Assembly (NCBI GenBank): GCA_051362555.1
Contig: CM120640.1
Span: 44,246,788 to 44,310,787 of the forward strand
Length of the DNA: 64,000 bases
Origin: Lingula anatina
Lineage: Eukaryota > Animalia > Brachiopoda
Direction of reading: 5' to 3'
Made by a program: the position numbers and the translations under genes. Below, in pieces: positions 1-10,000 of the stretch. Within the stretch, counting starts at the first letter, position 1. Every line of letters starts with the position of its first letter. The notes below the pieces were generated by a model that ran no database searches, was not told the origin of the DNA, and saw only the letters and a program-made list of their open reading frames with translations.

Positions 1-310
1 AATCCAACTACTACATCATGCAGCTGTGATATATATCCTTCTAAAAACATTACTTCATCTGTGCACAACATGAATGAGTCAAAGACATATGGTTACTCCT
101 CTTATTTCTTTGCATGATTTCCATCAATATGTATCTTTTCAACTTCTTATTTGAACCAGGGTGTTACAAGTGGATATCCTTCTCTTCAGCAACCCTATTT
201 AACCTGTTTATCCATATGATGTTGAGTAATGACAGGTTTTTTAAATTGCAAAAGTGTAAAAGGTTGTCATATTACTCGATGTCACATGCTCTTACTTTGA
301 ATATATTCAG

Positions 311-395
311 GCCTGAAGATCACAAGTTGCACCCAGGGAAACCTGTGGAGCGACGAGGAAAGAAACCAGTTAAAGCAAGTGAGGAAAATACATAG
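311..395 (+). CDS. Probable terminal coding exon of an unidentified + strand gene convergent with the collagen ((R)PEDHKLHPGKPVERRGKKPVKASEENT*)
   Basis: Acceptor-like ...ctttgaatatattcag| at 309-310, then a purine-rich open frame to TAG 393-395. Followed by T-rich 3'UTR-like sequence with AATAAA near 612, 835, 868 and 955. Upstream exons are not identifiable; product not recognised. Confidence 0.45.
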
Positions 396-1065
396 CGAAA
401 TATCAAGAGAAGTGGGCTGGTAAAAGCAAGGCCCTGATCAGGGCTCATAACAAACCTGTGTTTTTTCCCCTTTTTTAAATTACAAGCATGCAGTAGATTC
501 TACATTAGCAGTTGGTTTGTTTCCCCTATGTTTGGCCTTTTGCCATATCAAAGGCTGATTGACCCATATTGTAGCCCTATCTATAATTTTGTTCTCCACT
601 CAACATGTGTTAATAAATGGAAAATTATGGAGAAAGGAAAAGGAGAACTGTAATTTTTTTCTTTAAAAAATGGGGAACTTCATCATGTTTGAGAGAACAA
701 GTATAGTAGGGTATAAGAAGGGGATGTACATGTGGTAACAATAATAATGTTGATAACTGTGGGTCAACATTTTCTGAGAATTTTCCATAAAACTGGCTTT
801 GTTTGAGACGGTGTGCAAAATTGGTCAACTGAAAAATAAAGCTGTAAGAAGGAAACAGTCTTTACTAATAAATTCTTTATTCTTCGAATTATACAAAACT
901 GTTGAGGAGTTTAAACTGGCAAAAATATCCAAGTGGTATCATTTTATACTTGCAAATAAACATGCTGCATTGTGATGCCTTTTGATTGTTACTAGTATCT
1001 GTCATGTGAAAATCTTTATCAAACTGAACAAACATGTCACTACTTTGCTGTTGTAATAAGAGCCC

Positions 1066-1267
1066 TGTAGAGCCGCATTTTGCAACCGACCGCATTTTGC
1101 AACCGGTTGCAAAATGCGTTCAGTTGCAAAATGCGGTCCTACTAAGTAGAGCCGCATTTTGCAACTGAACGCATTTTGCAACTGCAACGCATTTTGCAAC
1201 CAAAGAAAACCGTGAAAACGCATTTTGCAACTGCAACGCATTTTGCAACCAGGATTTTTTTCTAAGT
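1066..1267 (+). repeat. Left TIR of the foldback element, built from nine GCATTTTGCAAC units (7 forward, 2 inverted)
   Basis: Motifs counted directly; includes the perfect palindrome GCATTTTGCAACCGGTTGCAAAATGC. Confidence 0.95.
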
Positions 1268-1776
1268 CCCTGAAACAGCTTGAAGTACGAGACAGGTAGA
1301 ATTGGAGTGGGGACGGGTTTGCTTCTACTATGTATGCTGAAACTGGCCAGGCTGCCCCTGGGGTGGACGATAATATAAAACTTATTTCACGTTGTAATTT
1401 CCTAATCCATTAGTGTTAGGAAGTCTAAACGTTAATAAACATTTTGTTCGGCATGTGCATGGGATTTCGGATTTTTTTAATTGGGGGTGTGACCGTCCCT
1501 AGGGGTGGTTGATTGTACTTTTTACTTCGTATTTTTCTCCTATCTACCCTTATATCTTCAGAATTAGGAAATAAAAACGTTGGGGATTAATAAACTATCG
1601 TAAGAAATATGCATGGGCACTTCGGAAATTTATTGTGACATGGGTGTGGTTGTCCCTGGGGGTGGTTGATTCTAATTTTACAACGTATCTTCTGCTATCT
1701 ACCCATTGTATCGGCCATTTGAGTAAAAACATGAAACGTAGCTACAGTATCATTTGGGATGTTGAAGGGCATTTAA

Positions 1777-2113
1777 AGGGGTAATAACTCTTCGTATGAG
1801 ATCTATATTTCACAATAAAAACCTTGTGAATAACTCATAGAAATATAATATATTCTGTTTTACCACAAAAACAGCAGTTATAGCCATTATTCTGATATCT
1901 GAACTTGTCTTTAGACCACGTGACCTCCATTGATGTCTATACTCTGTTAAAATCTCTTAAGAGATTTTAACAAAAAACCAAACTTTTTAGAAAAAAACCA
2001 GGGACTAACTTTGAATGTAAAAATGGATTCATTAACCATTGGTAAGCATGGAAAAATTGTTGCTTACTCCAGGAAAATTCATTTTTTGGCCGAAACGAAG
2101 AGTTATTATTGCT
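1777..2113 (+). mobile_element. TTAA-flanked MITE (Kolobok-like), copy 1, nested in the foldback element
   Basis: ttaa|AGGGGTAATAACTCTTCGT...ACGAAGAGTTATTATTGCT|ttaa (TSDs 1773-1776 and 2114-2117). Homologous along its length to 42293-42605. Removing it restores the 150-bp repeat period. Confidence 0.85.
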
Positions 2114-2423
2114 TTAATTTTTTTTTTTGACTTAGGTTGTGGTCCTGGGGGTGGTTGAATACAATTAGACGTTGTAATTTCTGCTATCTACCTTTAGACC
2201 ATATAAGTTAGGAACGGAAGGCTATGGGGATTGAAAACATGTCTTAAGGGATATGTATGGATCCTTCTGCGTTTTTGATGGGTGTGGCCGTCCCTGGGGG
2301 TGGCTGATTCTATTTTTTGCACCGTTATTTCTACTATCTACTCTTAGAGTTAGGAACTTGAAACGTTGGGGATTGATAAACCAGTCACTTTTTATGAATG
2401 TGCATGGGTCTTTGAGGAATGTA

Positions 2424-2757
2424 GAGAACAGCAGCAGCGCACATAGCACTAAACGGACTTACAGTCATAGGCATGAATATAGGTCAAGGAATCCAGTTAA
2501 AGCTGCTCCTTTTGATCCATGCCAACCATAAGGCCCTACACACTCGGAAATCCTGGCATTCAACTAGCCGTTGTGTCTTAATACAAAACAAACATGTCAA
2601 TTAATCATAAATAGTAATTAGCATGTGTGTTGCTATACAGAGGCTATGCACAAAGATTCTTGAAAGTATGGGGTCTTGCATGGGTTTTTAATTAACTTGA
2701 CCTACATCCAAGCACACCGCTAAAGGTCTGTTATTAAGTGCTGTCTGCTGCTTTCTT
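2424..2757. mobile_element. Old degenerate palindromic (MITE-like) element at the centre of the foldback element
   Basis: Left arm agaacagcagcag..agcact..ataggtcaag..aaggccctacac..tagcc..aacaaacatgtcaatta aligns by eye with the reverse complement of the right arm (agaaagcagcag..agcact..gtaggtcaag..aagaccccatac..tagcc..aacacacatgctaatta). Centre about 2610; ends approximate. Confidence 0.6.
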
Positions 2758-3487
2758 TGCATTCCCCTTCCTTCTTAACTCGAAGACCGCTTTCAGATTC
2801 ACACATCCTACTAGCTGGGTCGGTCCAACTCTGCAGGGGATCTCACTTAAGTGCAATCAGTGGAATCAGCTTAATTGTCTGACATGCCACCAATCACCCC
2901 ATCCCCTGAGGGACAGTCACACCCAAAGTCACACTAAAATTCCCCTGTACCCATGCACCAAAGACTCATGTTCCTAACTCGAATGGTCGAGAAAGAGATG
3001 ACAGAAATTACGGTGAAAATATTACAGTCAAGTAACCATCCCCAGGGACGGCCACTCCCCAAGTCACCAAAAATTCCGTTGTGCCCAAGCACATCTCTAA
3101 CGATCTCAACCACCCCAGAGAAAAACACACCCCAACTCCCCAAAAATCTGAAGTGCCCACGCACATTTCTTACGATGATGTATTAATCCCCAACGCTTTT
3201 ATTTCCTAATTCTAAAGATATAAGGGTAGATAACAGAAAATACAATGTAAAATTACAATCAACCACCCCTAGGGACGGCCACACCCCTATGTACATGCCT
3301 AACAATATCTTTATTATTCCCTGACGTTTCAACTTCCTAACCCTAATGGTATAAGAAATTACAACGTGAAATAGATTATATATTTTCCCCGCCCTAGAGG
3401 CAACCTGACCAGTTTCAGCGTACCTCGTCGAAGCAAACCCGTCCCCACTCCATTTCTACCTGTTTCGTACCTCAAACTGTTTAAGGA

Positions 3488-3689
3488 ACTTAGAAAAAAA
3501 TCCTGGTTGCAAAATGCGTTGCAGTTGCAAAATGCGTTTTCACGATTTTCTTTGGTTGCAAAATGCGTTGCAGTTGCAAAATGCGTTCAGTTGCAAAATG
3601 CGGCTCTACTTAGTAGGACCGCATTTTGCAACTGAACGCATTTTGCAACCGGTTGCAAAATGCGGTCGGTTGCAAAATGCGGCTCTACA
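3488..3689 (-). repeat. Right TIR of the foldback element
   Basis: Reverse complement of 1066-1267 with one mismatch; also seen as near-identical spurious ORFs 1002-1241(-) and 3514-3729(+), FHGFLW vs FHDFLW. Confidence 0.95.
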
Positions 3690-4042
3690 GCCCTCAAATG
3701 ACAGTTATGAAGTTGATATCACATCATAAAGCTGAATTTGTAACACGAGAAGTGTTACAAGTTATACAGTATGAAAATTGTGTTCAAATGTCTGTAAATA
3801 TCTTAGTTTAAGTACCTGCTCTAAATCAGTCAAAAGTCACCACACTTACAACTTTGGAACTCTGTATGATTTATACAGAGGACTGTTCATTTGGTATGAT
3901 TTTTTTAGATGACATAATTGTCTCTTTTTTACACTGTAAAGGTGTTATGTGAACTAGTAAGATTATTGACTTCAGTATGGTCAACCTATGAGGAAAGTTT
4001 TTATTTTTTTAATGAAACGTCCTTTTAACAGCGCCAAAAGTC

Positions 4043-4060
4043 ATAATAAATATTTATTAT
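4043..4060. terminator. Candidate polyadenylation signal(s): perfect palindrome ATAATAAATATTTATTAT giving AATAAA on both strands
   Basis: Lies between the two convergent genes; 4060-6777 has the strand bias expected of a minus-strand 3'UTR. Confidence 0.35.
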
Positions 4061-6777
4061 TACTGAAATGATATCATTAAAAAAACAGCAGCGTTTACAT
4101 ATAGTGCTTAAAGCAAAGCTTCAAAACTGTGCATAAATCTTACAGGATACATTCTATGGCAATAAGAGGAAGAACAACATAGCATCAAAATGCTTTCCCT
4201 TCAGAAACGGTGGGTAAACTGTTTTTGTATTAGTGCTTTAAAACACCGCAACAATTTTGATGCATTCTATACTTTAAATAATTATAATTCTGCACAGCAA
4301 ATTAATATATGTCCATACTCCATAGTTAAGTATTATACTCCTCATTAAGTATATCAAATTTTAGCTACACTACATGGAAAACTACTTGTAAACATATGAT
4401 GTAGCACATGAAGATTTTATACCATTGTATTACTTTCAATGTGTGCAAGCAAATTTCACAAATTTTACTTGGCCTGCATGATAAAACATTTAAAAATGCG
4501 TTATTGGAAATGTGGAGTTTTAGCACAGTATTACATCACAGATATAACACTAAATGTCTACAGTATATATAGTTTCACAACAATACCTCTAACTATAGTG
4601 TATAAAATACTGAAAGCACAATAAAGGCTCAAAAGTTTGAAAAACACTATTAAAATACAATTGCTATATGATATCAAATGATGGCAGTGGAAGGCTGATT
4701 GCATCTGTGTTGAATTTTTTTTCCTTTTTTTTAATACTGCGTCCTAATAGTCCACGCATATTTAAGACTGCCTGATGTGTTCTTAGAAGTGCTAGGCAGT
4801 CACAGCAGCTGTTGATGTCTGGCATTATAATGGTTGCCATTTTCACTAACCTGGAGCGCCTGTACACTGGCAGCATATTGGAACTGATGAGGTGCTGAGT
4901 TGATCATAAATAACAATTTTCTGGCAGCATTACAATTTTTTTTTTCAAATTTACAGTTGAACAATTTCATCACACCCTAGTCTGCTAATTAACATTGGGA
5001 AAGCCAGAATTATTATTAAACATTATAAGTAGCTGTCAAGATATTTAACATTATCCCATCACAGACATAATATTTATTGATTTGCATAGGCGCGCAAAGA
5101 CTTAAAACACACAGAAGGAACCTTAATAATGAAATAAACCTGGCTGCACCAATTCATGTAGCCTTTGACACTTGTCTGTAATCATACATATATTTATATT
5201 CTTATATTTACACAAGTGTATTATCTGACTTTAGCCTATCACTTAATGCAAAGTAATTTCGCTTAACTGTGCTACAGTGCATATATATATATGTTTTGTT
5301 ATAGGTAAATCAGAACAGAATGACAGCTACTTTTCTAGGAAAGTAAATTCTACAAGAAAGCAACCTGTTTAACTAGTCTAACTACTAAGTATACATAATA
5401 AAGAAAATGCTAAGATACAGAGAGCATGTGACCTTCTGCATCTGCTGGGAACAAATGAAAAGAGAACAGTTCTAATAGTAATATGTTAAATATGTATGTG
5501 CAGTTTTACAATTATGGTGCTCAACCAAGACCTAATAGACCTGCTAAACAAGACATCATAAAGAAGATATTCCACAAATCAGGACAATCATTTTACACTT
5601 TTGCCTTATTTGACAAGACAATCAGCTGCTGCTTGTCAAAGTATCTGTTTTGTTTTGTAAATTATATAATCAATTTGCATAGTATTTATTACATCAGCAG
5701 TGTAAAATGAGTGTTTAAACCAAACATATAATTCTCCAAGCTAATATAGAAGTTTAATAGTTTTAAGATGTAGAAAAAGTGCAGTAATATAAAAAAGAAA
5801 CTAGTGCTACTTTTGAAAAGTATACAGATTGGGCTATATATAAAAGATAAGTATGAGAAAACATGCCGGTATTCGTTGTAAATGAAAAGCGCATGACAAA
5901 AAAGTATTTGTCTACTTGTCCCATATCCATCTAAAATCTAAATATGCTACAAAAACTGGTTTGGAAATCTTCAATTCCTTTGAGAGATAGATTTGTGCAT
6001 TCAGAAGATATCGTGCAATAATTTTTACAAGCTAACTCGAAACCGTATTCAAGAGGATGGGGTACATGTGACTATTTAAATAAGCAACTGCGAATTAATT
6101 TGCTGTCAGTTAATCTCCTAGGCCTCAATATATATAGTTTCAATACTTTGTCCTTATTACAGTTACAATTCATTCTGATTAAATTTACCACCTTTATCCT
6201 TGTGAATACGGTTCATAAAAAGCCTTTCCCAAATGCAAAAGTTTGAAGTAAATAAAAAGTGCACGCAAGAACTACTGTAACCAATGATAATGATGCTGTA
6301 AAGAAAAGTCTTCAGAGTTTGTGGTGCCTCCATGCATATCAGCAAGCGTGGAACAAAAGAACATGAGATCGAAGGTGAGGAATTACCCTGCATTACTGGA
6401 CTCGCGGAGCAGCTAAAGTCATTGCCTGCAATGGTCACCTCAGCACGATTTTTTATGAAAAATACCCATGGCCATGTCCTTGTGATAGTATTAGTGATAG
6501 GAACAGATGTGACAGAGATCCTCTTCTGCACTCTAAGCCAGTTCATATCAACTATTTGAAGAGCAAACAGTTCACTGAATGGGTTAGAATCCAGAAAAGT
6601 GCTATCCTTCACATAAATTGGCGTAAATGAAATGGAAGCCCTGTGTTTAGATTTGATAAGTTATAAGATCACAAGTGTGGTGCATGTTCCCAGTGAAGGG
6701 AACAGACATGGCCAGTGAGCAAATGAGGCACCAAATACTGATAATAAGGATTAAATCTCATCCTCAGGTGGTTTACT

Positions 6778-7052
6778 TCATTTTTGAGGACCCTTGTGGT
6801 TTTGTCTATATAGCTGAGCTTGCTCTTGCTGATAACGTATTAAATACTGGGCAGGCGTCTCTGCCCCAGCATGTCTTATCCCACCACTACTCTGTCCACT
6901 ACTCTGACCACCAGGGTAGTTACAGTAGTTACAATAGCCTGGCTGACCAGGATGACCTGGGGGACCTGGACGGCCAGAGCGACCGGTCATTCCGGGAGGT
7001 CCTGAAGGACCTGGTCGACCTGGCAGACTCCTTCCTGGAGGACCTTGTGGAC
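6778..7052 (-). CDS. COL9A1-like: Terminal coding exon: end of COL1 plus NC1 (GYCNYCNYP...QNHKGPQK*)
   Basis: Acceptor ttcaatag|GT, Gly-X-Y with a GRS-LP-GRP imperfection, Cys pair, KGP motif, TGA at 6780-6778. Confidence 0.92.
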
Positions 7053-10000
7053 CTATTGAAAATTTAAAATTTCATTGATGAATAAAAATAATTTAAGAAT
7101 AAGAGATTAGAAATTGTGTGATTAAGCCACAGGAGGGAATTTTTGTGACTGATTATCATAAAATGCCTCCTTTAAAACATTTGGATTTCATTCGTTTTAA
7201 AAAGAAGTCCACAGTTTGACATCTGGCAAGGAGTCTTAATTTATCATAGTGAGAGATGGTTATGAATTTTTATTAGGACAACGTCAATACAAAAAGTGGC
7301 CTGGAAATTTGAATACAGTGTAACAATGAGGGACTTAGGTGACATTGACATAGGAGACAGGAGAGAGTTATGAATTAAAGCATGATCAAAAGGAATAATT
7401 GGTGCCATTAAATTGCCCATTACAAGGTGTATTTCACAATTAAATATAATAAAAATGTAGGTTTAATTTGCAGTATTCTTTTGCTACCTCTTGGTCCTGG
7501 TGGTCCCTGTTTTCCTTCTCTGCCTTCACCCTGCAGACCTCTATCACCCTTCTCACCAGTCTCACCTACCATAAGAAAAATATATGACATAAATTTCTGT
7601 TTATGCAGACATCAACAAGGAAATTAGGTTTAAGTATGATAATTTTATTTTTCACAGTACACTTTGCAAAGGTAATTTCTTCACTTGCCCACCAGGAGAT
7701 ATTTAAAAATGCTAGAATCTCACCTTCATAACTAGCACACCTTTCCAGTTGTTTCTTGAGTGTACGCTGGTTAGCTTAAGGAGAATCAATTTATGTCCAT
7801 ATTCTGAAATTCTGTGTGCACTTACCCTTCACACCCATTTCTCCCGGAGGACCAGGGATGCCTGGGAGTCCCATGTAGCCTCTCTCGCCTCTAAGACCAC
7901 GAGGACCTGGATCACCTTATTAATCAAAATATAGAAATATGTAAAAACTCGTATAAGGTACAAGTTATCTCACAATAAGCTTTAGTGAGATATGATAAAG
8001 AATTACTGTTGGGACAACATAAATTTTAAAAAATTATCTGGAACATTATATTTAGATGTTAACAATTTTAACTGATATGGTCACAGAATAATGTGCACTT
8101 GTTTCTGAGATTTTAATATTACCTACTTACTGTATAGTGTAACATAATGTAGTCACAATTCTAGTCCTGGCAATAAATTGATTGGGGTTGAATAAAAAAA
8201 AACAGTTCATTGCACCCTTGATAATCTAGTTTCTTCTTTTTTGTTTGATTGTTTTTAATAAAAAAATAAACAAAAATGTGTCTTTAACTGCTGTGGTACT
8301 TCAGATGTATAATTACCTGGGATTCCTTGAATGCCAGGAGGTCCACGGTCTCCTGTTTTTCCAATTCCTTGAGGACCTGGAGGTCCCTGGAACTCGCGTT
8401 TCAACTCATCGAGACGTTCTATGTGAAAATTTAAGGACACAAAAACAACATTTGATGATGGAATCCATTTGTTTCTAATTAGATACAATTTGTGATATCA
8501 AATTGCAAAAGTATAAGTTCCATATGAAAATTCACCTTGTTAAGAAAATTTAGATAATGGTGAATATTACATAATTTTAGATAATGGAAAAAGCATGTCA
8601 TTCCTTTGGAAAGAAAAATGTCAGGTTTGTGGTATGTATATATGTCTAAAAGAGCACAACAAACAGTTCCCTCAGCAAAGTGCTAGAGAAATAATGCAAA
8701 AACAGAAGTTGAACATATATAAGAACAGGAAGAAAACAAGAATTACCTTTCAAGACTTCAATGACAATTTGCCTGATTTCTGCTTGACTTACACTTCTTC
8801 CCTGCAGAGCAAAAGAAAGCCATGGGTCGGGAATGAGATATCATGCATAAGCTCAACTAACGGAGTTTTTAAAAACTTTTCTCCACTGAGTTAGTCTTCC
8901 ACATGCTGTTACTTGAAGATTTTTGAAATGGCCACACCCTGATAGTTTCAAAAGAGGTTTAGGTAATATACAAATATATATGTGAATATGTATTAGAAAC
9001 AGAATTTTTTTTTCAGAACACCACTACAAGTAGTTTACACAAACGGTCTCAAACTTAGTTTACCATTCACTTTCTTTGAAGACATGGATGTTCAGTTAGT
9101 TGGTAGTCTCAGTTCGATGTAGATTCATTAGTGTAAAAGTTTTGACATTTCAAAGAACTGAGAAAAGATCAAGAAAATATTTGAGGAAGCACATCAAATA
9201 AGTTTTCAGGCTATTTTTCCATTAGGCTACTACATGAACACATTTTACCTTCTGCTGTTCAGTATTTTTGCTCAATTTATAGAGCAGACACTATTTCAGT
9301 ATTTGCATATGGTTGAGAGGATGTCACACATTATTTCTTTACAAAAAGAGGTTTTAAAGAATTGAGAGAGGTAAAAGAACTATGTTTTCTTTGGGGAGGC
9401 ACATCCAATAAGTGTTTACTTAAGCACAGACACAGGTACTTACTTTTACTTCTTCCAACTGTTCAAAAATCACATTTATCCGATCAATCAAATAGGGAAT
9501 AAGATTATGTATTTTAGGTCATTTCAGTAAGTATCACTCAGCTGCACAAAAAAAGAACCAGAACCTACCAGAGGTGTGGCCAATGGAGACACAATGAGGC
9601 GCAATACTTCTAAATAATGGAAACAGTAAAATCCTCAACATTATGAATGTAAAACACATCTTTGCAGGAGACCATCAATAATGCAGGTTTTGAGTGAAAT
9701 TTGAGGGAAAGATACTTCAGACACCATTTCCCTAAGTCATCTTGACTTTGGCAATATCATATTCAACTTGTGACACCAACAAAAACCTGGGCATGCAAGG
9801 TGCGAGTTTCCAAGTATTTCTAAATAACATCTTGCATTATCTTAATAGATAAAACTTCACTCCTGAAATTACTAATGGTGCAATATGAAGTCTACATGTG
9901 CTTCACCCCCATTCTGGCATCGGTGCTTGGAATTCAAAAACTGTACCCTTTCAGTGCAACCTGTATAAAACATATAAATATCAATGCATCAGTGTCTTAT

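Larger units (their letters stand above)
1345..3405. repeat. About 150-bp degenerate subterminal tandem repeat with core GTCCCTRGGGGTGGTTGATT; 5 copies on + and 4 on -
   Basis: Cores near 1351, 1495, 1652, 2143 and 2290 (+) and near 2892, 3032, 3257 and 3386 (-). Confidence 0.8.
1066..3689. mobile_element. Non-autonomous foldback DNA transposon, TGT...ACA termini, 4-bp TSD GCCC (Ginger-like)
   Basis: gccc|TGTAGAGCCGC (TSD 1062-1065) ... GCGGCTCTACA|gccc (TSD 3690-3693). Outer TIRs 1066-1267 and 3488-3689 differ at one position (1210); diverged inverted similarity continues to about 1630/3145. No transposase ORF. TGT/ACA ends with a 4-bp TSD are described for Ginger elements; the superfamily call is inference. 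Confidence 0.85.

Noticed and set aside
1075-1250. Regularly spaced short repeats resembling a CRISPR array
   Set aside because: 12-bp units with mostly 5-6 bp non-unique spacers, mirrored in the other TIR, eukaryotic context, no cas genes.
1061-3694. Polinton/Maverick reading (6-bp duplication AGCCCT, long TIRs)
   Set aside because: The ends would be GTAG..CTAC rather than AG..CT, and there is no coding capacity; TGT..ACA with 4-bp TSD is simpler, though not excluded without other copies.
1002-3811. Near-identical ORFs 1002-1241(-) and 3514-3729(+), plus other short ORFs inside the element
   Set aside because: Translations of the TIR and subterminal repeats; no transposase motifs.
6163-7067. 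ORFs 6163-6612(-), 6332-6559(+) and 6675-7067(+)
   Set aside because: 3'UTR or antisense shadow of the terminal collagen exon; no recognisable domains.
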